DNA of 64,000 bases from an uncultured delta proteobacterium (GTDB lineage: Bacteria > Myxococcota_A > Polyangia > Haliangiales > Haliangiaceae): the NCBI GenBank assembly GCA_963848295.1, contig CAWKDB010000010.1, forward strand, positions 3,616,001 through 3,680,000, read 5' to 3'. The notes beneath the pieces are model-generated. The model ran no database searches. It saw only the letters and a list, made by a program, of their open reading frames with translations, and had not been told where the DNA came from. Position numbers and translations under genes: made by a program. Shown piece by piece: positions 19,940-29,952 of this stretch. The number at the start of each line of letters is the position of its first letter. Position 1 is the stretch's first letter.

Positions 19940-20503
19940 ATGCCACCACCCCCGCGCACCCCGCAGCAGCTGGCGCTCCGCCACTACGCGATCCTTGCGG
20001 GGTGCGTGGTCGCGCTCAACGCCGCGTTCTTCGCGCTGTCGGATTGGTATTACGCCGGGGACGCCGGCATCAAGGTCCGCGTCGAGTGGCTCGCGTTCAC
20101 GGTGACGCTGTTCGTCGTCGCCAAGGCCGCCCAGCTCAAGCCGCGCGAGGTCGGCCACGGGCTCGCCGCCACGCTCGGGGTCACGCTGTTCGCGCTCGGG
20201 TTCGCGGCGATTCGACACGGCGTGACGCCGGTGCTGTGTGCGACGCTGCTCATCCTCGGGGCGCTGCTCGTGGTGCTGGCGTATTACGCGTGGTCCGGGT
20301 CGCGCGCCGCGTGGTCGTTCTTGATCTCGATCTGCGCGGTCGTCGCGCTGTGCTTGTTCTTTGGCGCGCCGAAAGTCCGGGGTCAGCTCGGCATCGGGTT
20401 GTGGACCGCGATGATCTTCCCGGGGCTATTCGTGATCGCCACGGTCGCGCTCGTCGTGATCCGCCGTCAGTTCGGCGCGAAGCCGACGTTCGCGGCCCCG
20501 TAG
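19940..20503 (+). CDS. Multi-pass membrane protein of unknown function
   Basis: About six hydrophobic segments; consistent codon usage. Confidence 0.75.
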   Translation: MPPPPRTPQQLALRHYAILAGCVVALNAAFFALSDWYYAGDAGIKVRVEWLAFTVTLFVVAKAAQLKPREVGHGLAATLGVTLFALGFAAIRHGVTPVLCATLLILGALLVVLAYYAWSGSRAAWSFLISICAVVALCLFFGAPKVRGQLGIGLWTAMIFPGLFVIATVALVVIRRQFGAKPTFAAP

Positions 20504-20592
20504 CTCGAGCGAGGGGATAGTCGGCGATCGCGCTTGCCGACCTGTCGGTCGTCCGCTAAAACGGCGATACCATCACTATCACGGAGGTCGCC

Positions 20593-21225
20593 ATGTCACT
20601 GCAGCTCGGAGACGAAGCACCGGATTTCACCGCGGAGACGACCGAGGGTCCGATCCACTTCCATCAGTTCCTCGGCACCGGCTGGGGCGTGCTGTTCTCG
20701 CACCCGAAGGACTTCACGCCGGTGTGCACGACCGAGCTCGGTCGCGTGTCGGCGCTCAAGCCCGAGTTCGACAAGCGCAACGTCAAGGTCGTCGGCCTGT
20801 CGGTCGATCCGCTCGGTTCGCATAAAGAATGGGCGAACGACATCAAGGAGACCCAGGGCACGGCGCTGAACTTTCCGCTGATCGCCGATGCCGACAAGAA
20901 GGTCGCGAACCTGTACGGGATGATCCACCCCAAGGCGAGCGACACGGCCACGGTCCGCTCGGTGTTCATCATCGGCCCGGACAAGAAGCTCAAGCTCAGC
21001 CTGACCTACCCCGCGAGCACGGGCCGCAACTTCGACGAGATCCTGCGCGTGATCGATTCACTCCAGCTGACCGCGAAGCACAAGGTCGCGACGCCGTCGG
21101 ACTGGAAGCAGGGCCAAGACGTCATCATCGTGCCGTCGGTCAACGACAACGACGCGAAGGCGCTGTTCCCGAACGGGTGGAAGACGGTCAAGCCGTACCT
21201 GCGCCTCGTCGCGCAGCCGAAGTAG
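20593..21225 (+). CDS. 1-Cys peroxiredoxin (Prx6 family)
   Basis: FSHPKDFTPVCTTELG and YPASTGRNFDEILRVIDSLQL; GGAGG RBS upstream. Confidence 0.95.
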   Translation: MSLQLGDEAPDFTAETTEGPIHFHQFLGTGWGVLFSHPKDFTPVCTTELGRVSALKPEFDKRNVKVVGLSVDPLGSHKEWANDIKETQGTALNFPLIADADKKVANLYGMIHPKASDTATVRSVFIIGPDKKLKLSLTYPASTGRNFDEILRVIDSLQLTAKHKVATPSDWKQGQDVIIVPSVNDNDAKALFPNGWKTVKPYLRLVAQPK

Positions 21226-21915
21226 TCACGCACGCAGCGCGATCGCGCGAGCCGCGAACCGCGGCTTGTAGTCGCGCTCGATGCACTCGGCCAGGATCGC
21301 CGCGTACTCGCGCGGCGGGGCGAGGCCCCACGCTCGCTCGAGCGACGTGATCGCACCGGCGTCCGCGGCGACGACCGGGTTCGCGACGCCGTAGCTCGCT
21401 CGGACGCCGCGAACCAACGCCGGCAGCTCGTCGCCGATCGCAACCGGGTCGGCGCCGCTCGCGATCAAGTAGTCGAGCAGGTCCCAACCGAACTCGCGAT
21501 GGCGGACTTCGTCGACGAGGATGCGATCGAGGGCGGTGCGTGCGATCGGCTCGGTGCACTCCGCGCGAAGGTGCGCGAACAGCGGCACGGCGACGGTCTC
21601 GCCCAGGCAGAACACGCGAAGGCACGTGCGCAGGAGGTCGACTTCGAGCGCCGCCGACGACCGCGTGAGCCCGAGTTGGTCGCGCGTGATCGCCGGGGGC
21701 TCACTACCGCCGGCGGCGACATAGACGTCGTGGCTCGAGCGCGAGTGGACGAGCTCGTCGCCGACGATCGCGAGCCCGGCGTCGATCAGATCGGGCGGCG
21801 CGCCGATCTGGATCAGCCACAGCGTGAGGTGTTGCGTGATCGCGGCCGACGTGTACTCGGCGCCGATCCGTGCGTGCCATTCGGCGCGGACGCGAGCGAG
21901 CTCTACTCCGGGCAC
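21226..21915 (-). CDS. Ferritin-like di-iron domain protein
   Basis: AEYTSA, DELVH, LGETVA, DEVRH; GTG at 21915 overlaps the end of the upstream gene. Confidence 0.8.
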   Translation of the reverse strand: MPGVELARVRAEWHARIGAEYTSAAITQHLTLWLIQIGAPPDLIDAGLAIVGDELVHSRSSHDVYVAAGGSEPPAITRDQLGLTRSSAALEVDLLRTCLRVFCLGETVAVPLFAHLRAECTEPIARTALDRILVDEVRHREFGWDLLDYLIASGADPVAIGDELPALVRGVRASYGVANPVVAADAGAITSLERAWGLAPPREYAAILAECIERDYKPRFAARAIALRA

Positions 21916-22415
21916 GGCACTTCGTGCGGCGGCGGCGGGTTGCACATCGCGCGCGGCGGGCAGGGCGAGGGCTCGCGCAGCACGATGCATCGATCACCGC
22001 TCGCCATGACCTTGATCGGCTTGTCGAACGAGAGCCCCGCCGGGCACGCGTAGTCGATCGATCGCTGCGGGTTATCGGCGAGCGCGATGCACTTGTCGCC
22101 TTGTTTCTGCACGGTCCACTGCTGACCGGGTGAATGATTCTGGCCGGGCGGCGGCGGGTTGCGATGCACGACCGGCGGCGGCGTGGTGTCGGCTTGCGGC
22201 GGCGGTGGGTTCCAGTGGATGTTTGGGTCCGACGGCGGTCCGGGCGCCGCGTCGACCGGCGCGGGCGGATTGCTCGTCGGCCGATTGCTTGTCATCGGCT
22301 CCGCTGGCGACGGTGTTGGCGCCGGCGCCGGTCCGGGCGGTTGCGAGCCACCGCATGCGGCGAGCGTGATGATGAACGGCGTGGCGAAGTTGCAACGTGG
22401 CGTACGCGCGGACAT
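21903..22415 (-). CDS. Pro/Cys-rich lipoprotein (paralog 1)
   Basis: FATPFIITLAA-C; ends CPPRAMCNPPPPHEVPCPE. Confidence 0.8.
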   Translation of the reverse strand: MSARTPRCNFATPFIITLAACGGSQPPGPAPAPTPSPAEPMTSNRPTSNPPAPVDAAPGPPSDPNIHWNPPPPQADTTPPPVVHRNPPPPGQNHSPGQQWTVQKQGDKCIALADNPQRSIDYACPAGLSFDKPIKVMASGDRCIVLREPSPCPPRAMCNPPPPHEVPCPE

Positions 22416-22430
22416 CCGCGCAGCATAGCC

Positions 22431-22862
22431 CTACTGCGGGCACGGCACGGCGATCGGCGACGGGGGGTTGCACGATCGCCCGGTCCGGCAGGGGAATCGT
22501 TCGAACACGATTTCGCAGCGTGCGGGCAGGCGAATGACGACGATCGGATAGACCAGCTGGCTGTTGGCCGGGCACGGATACGGGTTCGGCGACCCTGCGC
22601 CGCACGGCACATCCGGCGAACACTCGGCCTCCGCGGTGGCGCTGCAACCGTCGGGCGTGCGGTCGACCGACCAGCGATTCGCTTCGATGCCGGTCGGCGG
22701 CGCTGCATCGATCGCAATCGGCGGCGGCGCCGCGGAGGTGGCGATCGGTGGCGGCGCCGCGGAGGTCGAGCTGTTCGCCGCAGGCGTGGGCGCGCCGCTG
22801 CACGCCGCGAGCGTCACGATGAACGGCGCGGCGAACTGGCGACGCGGCGCGCGGGCTGGCAT
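22431..22862 (-). CDS. Pro/Cys-rich lipoprotein (paralog 2)
   Basis: FAAPFIVTLAA-C; ends CRTGRSCNPPSPIAVPCPQ. Confidence 0.8.
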   Translation of the reverse strand: MPARAPRRQFAAPFIVTLAACSGAPTPAANSSTSAAPPPIATSAAPPPIAIDAAPPTGIEANRWSVDRTPDGCSATAEAECSPDVPCGAGSPNPYPCPANSQLVYPIVVIRLPARCEIVFERFPCRTGRSCNPPSPIAVPCPQ

Positions 22863-22871
22863 CGCCGCAGC

Positions 22872-23495
22872 TTACGGCACGCCGAGGATCTTGTGGAGCT
22901 GGAGCGACAGCCGCCAGCGCGGGCGCTCGTGGACCAGCTGCATCGTGCGAGCGAGATGCTCGGCGTAGCGCGCGTCCATGCACGGCTGCGCGAAGTAGTG
23001 ATCGCACGCGTAGCGCTCGGCGTAGCGATCGAGCGCGGCGGCATCGACGGTGTCGTCGATCACGACCTTGAGCTCGCTCGGCGCGATCCGCGACTCGAGC
23101 GCGAGCGATGCGGGATGGAACTGCGGCTTCGGCGAGATCGTCAGCCAATCGACGTGTCCGGCGACCGGACGCGTGCCGTTCGACTCCATGTGGGTCCGGA
23201 AACCGGACAGGCGCAGCGCATAGGATAAGTCGGCGTCCCATTGCAGCGTCGGCTCGCCACCGGTGACCACGACCATCCGCGCGCGATGGCGGTCGAGCGC
23301 GACGAGGCGCGCGACGATCTCGTCGGCGGTGAACCGCTCGGCGCCTTCGGGCGCGAAGTCGGTATCGCACCACGTGCACGCGAGGTTGCACGCCGCGAAG
23401 CGCAAGAAGACGCAGGGCCGGCCCGCGTGCGCCCCTTCGCCTTGCAGCGTCGGGCCGAACATCTCCTTGACGAGGTAGCGGCGGGGCTCGGACAT
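22872..23495 (-). CDS. queE: 7-carboxy-7-deazaguanine synthase (radical SAM)
   Basis: EMFGPTLQGEG, FLRFAACNLACTWCDT, VVTGGEP, ESNG, ISPK, WRLSLQLHKILG. Confidence 0.93.
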   Translation of the reverse strand: MSEPRRYLVKEMFGPTLQGEGAHAGRPCVFLRFAACNLACTWCDTDFAPEGAERFTADEIVARLVALDRHRARMVVVTGGEPTLQWDADLSYALRLSGFRTHMESNGTRPVAGHVDWLTISPKPQFHPASLALESRIAPSELKVVIDDTVDAAALDRYAERYACDHYFAQPCMDARYAEHLARTMQLVHERPRWRLSLQLHKILGVP

Positions 23496-23516
23496 GGGCC
23501 GAGGCGATGCTATAGC

Positions 23517-24464
23517 GTGGACGTGGGTCGCCGCGCACTCCTCGTCATCGCTGTCGCGAGCGCGTGCGGCCAGTCGGCGCCGTCGAACGTCGAACCGGCG
23601 CCGGCGAGCCAGGCTGCACCCATCGCGAAGCCCGAGCCGACCGGCTGGACGTGCGAGCAGCAGCCGTTCGCAGCCGAGACCCCGGTGCCGGAGGCCTCCG
23701 ACGCGGGCTGGCTGACGATCGACGGCAAGTTGCAGATGCTCGTGATCGGCGACTCCGGCAATGACGGCGCGTACGGCTTGCTCGATCCCGAGACCGGCGC
23801 GACCGGTGAGCAGGGCAAGATGCCGCTCGGCGGCCCGGGCGACGACATCGAGGGCGTCTCGGTCCACGGCGATCGGATCTACGGCCTGACCTCGGCGGGC
23901 TGGATGCGCGTGTGGAAGCGTGCGGCCGCCGGCTTCGAGCTGGTCGACGGGCCTTACGCGATCGGCCCGGTGACGCTATCGAAGAAGAAGAAGGACAACG
24001 AAGCCGAGCTCGCGGGCGACGGCATGGTGTGCGACCAGAAACACTCCAACTGCGGTCGCAACTACGAGGGCCTGTGCCTCGCCGCGCATCCGACGAACGA
24101 CTGCGTCGGATTTGCGGCCGCGAAGGCCGATGGCCGCCTGTACTGCCTCGTCGAGAAAGACGGCAAGCTCGCGGTCGATCACGCGCGGGCGATCGCGATC
24201 ACGCGGCCGGGCTCGCTCGCCGACTGCACGTTCTCCGAGGACGACACGCTGTGGGCCGGCAGTAACATGTTCGATCTCGCGCACGTCTACCGCGTCACCG
24301 GCTGGGCCGATCCGGCCACGGCGAGGGTCGAGATGATCGGCCCGATGGGGATGGGCTTCCCCGAGGCGCTCGCGGTCCGCGGCGACACGTTCTGGCGGCT
24401 GTCCGACACCGGTTCCACGCCGAGCCTGATGTCGAAATTTCGTTGCACGCCCGGCAGGCGCTAA
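23517..24464 (+). CDS. Lipoprotein, probable beta-propeller
   Basis: RRALLVIAVASA-C; PEASD, IGDSGN, DDIEG, NYEGL motifs. Start is 23517 or 23523. Confidence 0.72.
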   Translation: MDVGRRALLVIAVASACGQSAPSNVEPAPASQAAPIAKPEPTGWTCEQQPFAAETPVPEASDAGWLTIDGKLQMLVIGDSGNDGAYGLLDPETGATGEQGKMPLGGPGDDIEGVSVHGDRIYGLTSAGWMRVWKRAAAGFELVDGPYAIGPVTLSKKKKDNEAELAGDGMVCDQKHSNCGRNYEGLCLAAHPTNDCVGFAAAKADGRLYCLVEKDGKLAVDHARAIAITRPGSLADCTFSEDDTLWAGSNMFDLAHVYRVTGWADPATARVEMIGPMGMGFPEALAVRGDTFWRLSDTGSTPSLMSKFRCTPGRR

Positions 24465-24473
24465 GCTGGTCCG

Positions 24474-24950
24474 GTGCAGTGCCCTTACTGCAGTGGCGAC
24501 TCCAGCGTGACCGAGACCCGGGTCACGGCGGATGGCCTGCGCCGCCGTCGCGTGTGCACCGTGTGCAAGCGCCGGTTCACGACGTACGAGCGGCTCGGTG
24601 CGCCCGGGCTCAAGGTGCAAAAGCGCGATGGCGCGGTCGAGCCGTTCGACGGCGACAAGCTGTTCCAGTCGCTGCGCCGCGTGTCCGCCCACCGGACGAA
24701 CGTCACGGACGAAGATCTCCGGCGGATCGCGCGCGACATCGAGGCGACGCTGCTCGACAACGGCCGCAAGTCGGTCGCGTGGAGCGACCTCGTCACGCTC
24801 GCGCTCGATCGGCTCGGCAATATCGATGGCGTCGCCGCGCGACGGCTCGCCGCGAACTACACCGACGAGTCCGGCGCGGTCCGCTTCGAACGGTCCGAAG
24901 CGCCGACCGAGTCGCCACAGCTCGGCCTGCCGCTCGCCGACGACGAGTAG
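24474..24950 (+). CDS. nrdR: Transcriptional repressor NrdR
   Basis: MQCPYC...RRRRVCTVCKRRFTTYER followed by an ATP cone (VQKRDGAVEPFD). Confidence 0.9.
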   Translation: MQCPYCSGDSSVTETRVTADGLRRRRVCTVCKRRFTTYERLGAPGLKVQKRDGAVEPFDGDKLFQSLRRVSAHRTNVTDEDLRRIARDIEATLLDNGRKSVAWSDLVTLALDRLGNIDGVAARRLAANYTDESGAVRFERSEAPTESPQLGLPLADDE

Positions 24951-24986
24951 TGAACGCGGCGCCGCGATCGAGTACGGTCTCGGCCG

Positions 24987-25781
24987 ATGGAAACGCCGAC
25001 CGCCGAGAGCCAGCGCGTCTTTGCCCCCGGGATCCTGCGCGATCGCGTCGCGATCGTCACCGGCGGCGGCTCGGGCATCGGGCTCGCGACCGCCGCGGAG
25101 CTCGGCCGGCTCGGCGCGAAGCTCGCGATCTGCGGTCGCACGCAAGCCAAGCTCGACACCGCGAAGCAAGAGCTCGGCGCCGATTGCCTCGCGCTGCCGT
25201 GCGATATCCGCGAGCCCGCGCAGGTCGAAGCGTTCGTCGGCGAAGTGCTCGCGCGGTTCGGCCGCATCGATATTCTGATCAACAACGCGGGCGGTCAGTT
25301 TCCGTCGCCGGCGCAGCTGATCTCGCCGAATGGATTTCTCGCGGTCGTGAAGAACAACCTCGTCGGCACGTTCCACATGTGTCGCGAGGTCGCGAACCGC
25401 TGGATGATCGCGCACGGCGGCCGGATCATCAACGTCACGGCGAACACGTACCGGGGCTTCCCCGGCATGGCGCACACCGGCGCGGCGCGCGCGGGCGTCG
25501 AGAACCTGACGATGACGCTCGCCGTCGAGTGGGCGCAGTTCGGGATCCTCGTCAACGCGGTCGCCCCCGGCATCATCAAGTCGAGCGGCACGGCGCAGTA
25601 TCCGCCGCAGCTGCTCGAGCGCGGCGTGACCGAGACCCCGCTCAAGCGCACCGGCACGGTCGAAGAGGTCGCGGCCTCGATCGTGTTCCTGGCGTCGCCG
25701 GCGGCGAGCTTCATCTCGGGTGCGACGCTGCGCATCGACGGTGCGCAAGCGCTGTGGGGCCACACCTGGGAGATCCCGTAA
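24987..25781 (+). CDS. SDR oxidoreductase (trans-2-enoyl/2,4-dienoyl-CoA reductase-like)
   Basis: TGGGSGIG, NNAGGQF, HTGAARAGV. Confidence 0.9.
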   Translation: METPTAESQRVFAPGILRDRVAIVTGGGSGIGLATAAELGRLGAKLAICGRTQAKLDTAKQELGADCLALPCDIREPAQVEAFVGEVLARFGRIDILINNAGGQFPSPAQLISPNGFLAVVKNNLVGTFHMCREVANRWMIAHGGRIINVTANTYRGFPGMAHTGAARAGVENLTMTLAVEWAQFGILVNAVAPGIIKSSGTAQYPPQLLERGVTETPLKRTGTVEEVAASIVFLASPAASFISGATLRIDGAQALWGHTWEIP

Positions 25782-26548
25782 TGGACCTCGGGCTGGCCGG
25801 CAAGGCATGCCTCGTCGCGGGTGCGAGTCGCGGCATCGGCCGATCGATCGCGCTCGCGCTCGCACGCGAAGGAGCCGACGTGCTCGCGGTGGCGCGCGGC
25901 GCCGGCGATCTCGAGACGATCAGCGGCGAGCTCGCGGCCGCCGGCGGTCGCCACGCGACGGTCGTCGCCGATGTCGCGACGAGCGATGGCGCCGAGGTCG
26001 CGATCGCAACGGTGGTCGAGGCGTTCGGCCGGCTCGATGCGGTCGTGTGCAACGTCGGCAAGTCGTTCGCGCGCGAGGCGGCGGCGATGGACGACGCCGA
26101 TCTGACGAAGTCGCTCGACGCGAATCTATGGTCGGCGGTGCGCGTCGCGCAGCGCGCGGTACCGCACCTGACCGCAGCCGGCGGTGGCTCGATCACGCTG
26201 ATCTCGTCGGTCTACGGTCGCGAAGCCGGCGGTGCGCCTGGCTACAACATCGCGAAGGCCGCGGTGATCGCGATGGCCAAGGCGATGGCGCGCGACTACG
26301 CGAAGCACGGCATCCGGGTCAACAGCGTCGCGCCGGGCTCGATCGTGTTCCCGGGCAGCGGTTGGGATCGCCGGCAGCAGGCCGACCCGGCGGTGATCGC
26401 CGACATGATCCGCCGCGAGCTGCCGTTCGGTCGGTTCGGCGCGCCCGAGGAGGTCGCCGATGCGGTCGCGTTCGTCGCGTCGCCCCGCGCGCGCTGGATC
26501 AGCGGCGCGTGCCTCGTCGTCGACGGCGCGCAGTCTCGTAGTTTCTAG
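25781..26548 (+). CDS. SDR oxidoreductase (FabG-like)
   Basis: GASRGIG, YNIAK, VNSVAPG; TAATG coupling to the previous gene. Confidence 0.9.
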   Translation: MDLGLAGKACLVAGASRGIGRSIALALAREGADVLAVARGAGDLETISGELAAAGGRHATVVADVATSDGAEVAIATVVEAFGRLDAVVCNVGKSFAREAAAMDDADLTKSLDANLWSAVRVAQRAVPHLTAAGGGSITLISSVYGREAGGAPGYNIAKAAVIAMAKAMARDYAKHGIRVNSVAPGSIVFPGSGWDRRQQADPAVIADMIRRELPFGRFGAPEEVADAVAFVASPRARWISGACLVVDGAQSRSF

Positions 26549-26583
26549 GAATTGCCGACGGCCACCGCCGGTTTGGAGTGCCG

Positions 26584-29241
26584 ATGAACAAGAGGGTCGT
26601 CGCAGGGGTCATTGCGGTTGTCGCGGGGTGCATCGTGTTTCTGCTGTGGCATCGCCGCGGCCCATCGATCATCGCACCGCTACCCGCCGCCGCCGTCGCG
26701 CGGCCGGCGCTGCCGCCCGCCGCGGCGAACGCGCCCGAGGCGAAGGCCCGCGCGGACGTGACGGTGCGCGACGACCGTGGGCCGATCGCCGGAGCGATCG
26801 TGCGATTCGCGCCGGTTGGCGGCGAGGTCGTGGTCGCGCGCACCGGCGCGGACGGCGTCGCGCACGCCGACGACCTGGTCGCCGGGACCTGGAAGATCAG
26901 CGCGTCGGCACCCGGCCACGAGCCCGCGGCGCTCGCGCCTCGAGCGATCGCTCCCGCCGAGACCGCGGCGCTCGCGCTGACGTTGGCGATCGGCGGCCGT
27001 ACGCTCGCCGGGACCGTGATCGACGCGACCGGCGGTCCGATCTCCGGCGCGCGGATCGACGCGGCGCACGTCGGCGCCGGCGCGAAGCTCGCCGACGCGG
27101 TCTCGAGCGCGCTGACCGGCGGCGACGGCAAGTATCAGCTGACGGTCGCGGAAGGGCAGGCGGTCGTCGCCGCGAGCTCGCCCGACTATGCGCCGCAAGC
27201 GCGCTACGTCCAGATCGGACCGCCGGGCGCGACCGCAGATTTCGCGCTCGTGCCCGGTGGCGTCGTCGAAGGTGTCGTGCGCGACGAGCATTCGCGCGAG
27301 CCCGTGCCTGGCGCCGAGGTCGAGGCGGCGCGCGATGCGCCGACGATGATGCTCGGTGAAGCGTCACATCACCGCGTGGTGGCGACGGCGGACGGCCGTT
27401 TCCGCGTCACCGGGTTGCGGCCGGGCGCGTACGTGTTGAACGCGAAGCTCGGACCGCGGAGGTCGCGCGAGCCGACGCGCGTCGGCTTGGGCGTCGCCGA
27501 GCAAGCGGGTGGTGTCGAGATCCTCGTCGGCGTCGGACCGGCGATCCGCGGCGTCGCGGTCGACGAAGCGGGCGTCGCTCAGGCGGGCGTCGAGATCCAG
27601 ACGTTCGAAGCCGATGCGAGCGCGAAGACCGATGGCCAGGGCGCGTTCGCGCTGGAAGGCCTGCCGCCCGGCCAGTACGGGCTGTTCGGCGCGCGCGCCG
27701 ATCTCGTTCCGGTCAGCCCGGTCGCGGTCCAGCTCGGTGGCAAGGACGTCGACGGCGTGCGCGTGATCCTGCGCAGTGGGGTGAAGGTCGTCGGCCGGGT
27801 CGAGCCGCGTGAGGTGTGCGACGTGGCGATCCGCGTCGGCGAGATGATGGGGCCCCAGCTCTACACGAAGGTCGATCCGGTGACGACCGGCGACGACGGT
27901 GTGTTCGCGCTCGGCCCGGTCGCGCCGGGCGACGGCAAGATCACGGCGCATTGCGCGAACGGCGACCTCGGCGAGCAGGCCGTACACGTCGCGAACGCGA
28001 TGGGCGAGATCGTCGTCACGGTCTCGTCGAGCGCGTCGATCGCAGGCCACCTCGTCGATGGAACGGGCGAGCCGATCGCCGGCGCCACCGTGATCGCGAA
28101 CCCGCGCGTCGCGAGCGATGAAGCGACGATCGTGAACGGGATGATCACGAGCGGCGTCCAGGCGCATGTCGACGATACCGGCGCGTTCGAGCTCACCGGC
28201 TTGGCGGCCGGCACGTATCGACTCGGCGCACTCGACGCCGGGCGGCCGCTGCCTCCGTCGGGCAAACCCCTCGAGGTCACGGTCGCTGCGAACGAGCACA
28301 AGACCGGGATCATCGTCGCGGCCGATCGCGCGAACGGCGTGATCGAAGGGGTCGTCACGAGCGCCGATGGCAGACCACTCGCCGATGCGTGGGTCTCGGT
28401 CCATCAAGAGCTCGACGACATGATCGCGGGCTTGCTCGGTGAGCAAGGTGAGGGCGAGGGCGATCACGAGTCGCGATCGATCACCGTCAACAACAGCGAC
28501 GGTGGTGGCGGTCTCGGCGATGTCGCGCCGGTGCTCACCGATGCGACCGGCCACTTCAAGCTCGTCGGCTTGCCGCGCGTGCCGTGGACGGTGACCGCCG
28601 AGGCGCAAGCTGGCGGGCTCCGCGGACGTCAGCTCGAGGTCACGCCCGACGCGCAGGTGACGATCCACGTGCTCGGCGTCACCGAGCTCCGCGGCATCGC
28701 GCACGGAGCGAGCGGACCGGCGACGCTATGTACCGTCACGTTGACCGGCCCGACGCACGCGCAACAGAGCTTCGCGAACCCGGATGGCTCGTTCTCGTTT
28801 CCGCGCGTCGACCCCGGCGCCTACACCGTTCACGTCGAGTCCGATCTCGGCAACGGCGATGCGACCGCGCAGGTCGTCGCCGGTCAGACCGCGAGCGTCG
28901 ACATCACGCTTGCCGCGAACGCGATCGTGATCGGCACGGTTGTCGACAGCAGTGGCCAGCTGGTCGCCGGCGTTCCGATCGCGATCGTGCCGGCATCACC
29001 CGACGGTCGGATCAGCGTTTCGCTATCCGGGCCACCGCCGACGACCGGACCCGATGGCCGGTTCCGGGTCGAGACCAAGGCGGGGCCGAGCGCGCTCGTC
29101 GCGATGGTGAGGCCCAAGCCGGTCGTGAAGAACAACCTGCCGCTGCAAGCCGGCCAGACCTACGATGTCGGCAACGTCGTCGTCGATGCACCGACGGCGC
29201 AGGGCTCGGGGCAACCACCGCCGCGCCCGCCGGGTAGTTAG
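26584..29241 (+). CDS. Membrane-anchored protein with tandem carboxypeptidase-regulatory-like (beta-sandwich) repeats
   Basis: N-terminal TM; repeated GxVxDxxGxPxAGA...TxxDGxFxxxGLxPGxY units. Confidence 0.85.
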   Translation: MNKRVVAGVIAVVAGCIVFLLWHRRGPSIIAPLPAAAVARPALPPAAANAPEAKARADVTVRDDRGPIAGAIVRFAPVGGEVVVARTGADGVAHADDLVAGTWKISASAPGHEPAALAPRAIAPAETAALALTLAIGGRTLAGTVIDATGGPISGARIDAAHVGAGAKLADAVSSALTGGDGKYQLTVAEGQAVVAASSPDYAPQARYVQIGPPGATADFALVPGGVVEGVVRDEHSREPVPGAEVEAARDAPTMMLGEASHHRVVATADGRFRVTGLRPGAYVLNAKLGPRRSREPTRVGLGVAEQAGGVEILVGVGPAIRGVAVDEAGVAQAGVEIQTFEADASAKTDGQGAFALEGLPPGQYGLFGARADLVPVSPVAVQLGGKDVDGVRVILRSGVKVVGRVEPREVCDVAIRVGEMMGPQLYTKVDPVTTGDDGVFALGPVAPGDGKITAHCANGDLGEQAVHVANAMGEIVVTVSSSASIAGHLVDGTGEPIAGATVIANPRVASDEATIVNGMITSGVQAHVDDTGAFELTGLAAGTYRLGALDAGRPLPPSGKPLEVTVAANEHKTGIIVAADRANGVIEGVVTSADGRPLADAWVSVHQELDDMIAGLLGEQGEGEGDHESRSITVNNSDGGGGLGDVAPVLTDATGHFKLVGLPRVPWTVTAEAQAGGLRGRQLEVTPDAQVTIHVLGVTELRGIAHGASGPATLCTVTLTGPTHAQQSFANPDGSFSFPRVDPGAYTVHVESDLGNGDATAQVVAGQTASVDITLAANAIVIGTVVDSSGQLVAGVPIAIVPASPDGRISVSLSGPPPTTGPDGRFRVETKAGPSALVAMVRPKPVVKNNLPLQAGQTYDVGNVVVDAPTAQGSGQPPPRPPGS

Positions 29242-29906
29242 CTCGCCGCCGACGCGAGCAGGGTCCACGCGAGCTGCTGATGCTTCATCAGGCGCTCGGT
29301 CGCGGCGTCGAGGGAGGTACGCTCGTTTGCAGCAAGCGTCTTTTCGATCTGCGCGTACAGCGCGTTGAGGCGAAGGTTCTCGGCGACGCGCCGGGGCTGC
29401 TCGACCGGCGCGCTCGGCTTGGCGACCGGCATGAACGGGCGCTGGATCAGCGCGACCTCGTCTTGGGTCAGGCCCGAGGTCAGCATCCAGTCCATCAGCG
29501 GGCCTTGCTTGACGTCGGCGAGCCGGATGAAGTCGTTCTGCTCGGCGACGCGCTTGACGAGCGCGTGGGCTCCCGACGCATCGATCATCGTGGCCGCCGC
29601 GCACAGGTGGCCGTCGCGATCGCGCCACACGTTCGCGATGCCCGTGGTGAACGTGTTGCTCGGAAAGCTGCCGCGCCGCACGTACGCTTCGAACGCGGCG
29701 ATGTTGCGCGCACGTGCCGTCGTCAGCGCGGCGCGGATGTGGTCGCGATCGAGCACGAGCTCGGGCTCGCGTTGGCTCGGTTCGGTCGCGACAACCCCGG
29801 CAGGCGGCTGAGCGAAGCGATGGGGCGGAGCGAACGACCGGTCCGCGTGCGAGACCGACGACAACGAGCCGAGGACAACCGCGCAGGCCAGGGTGAATCG
29901 CAGCAT
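29238..29906 (-). CDS. Secreted protein of unknown function
   Basis: Signal peptide; GSFPSN, WRDRDGHLCAAATMI, SGLTQDEVALIQRP. Confidence 0.75.
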   Translation of the reverse strand: MLRFTLACAVVLGSLSSVSHADRSFAPPHRFAQPPAGVVATEPSQREPELVLDRDHIRAALTTARARNIAAFEAYVRRGSFPSNTFTTGIANVWRDRDGHLCAAATMIDASGAHALVKRVAEQNDFIRLADVKQGPLMDWMLTSGLTQDEVALIQRPFMPVAKPSAPVEQPRRVAENLRLNALYAQIEKTLAANERTSLDAATERLMKHQQLAWTLLASAAS

Positions 29907-29952
29907 GCGAATTGAAACGCCCGACCTGCGCCCGCGGTCTATCCGCCAAGGG

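Noticed and set aside
22872..23495. queE as part of a 7-deazaguanine DNA-modification (dpd) defence island
   Set aside because: No dpdA/tgt-like, queC, queD or folE neighbours; most consistent with a dispersed housekeeping queuosine gene.
24443..26548. 701-aa ORF suggesting a large SDR fusion (similarly 6177-8309, 33913-35715, 35040-37331, 53789-55846)
   Set aside because: The upstream parts are off-frame overlaps with real genes; true starts lie at internal coupled start codons.
29921..29937. GACCTGCGCCCG resembling the loop of family A hairpin 1
   Set aside because: Only about 12 nt match; no stems or second hairpin.
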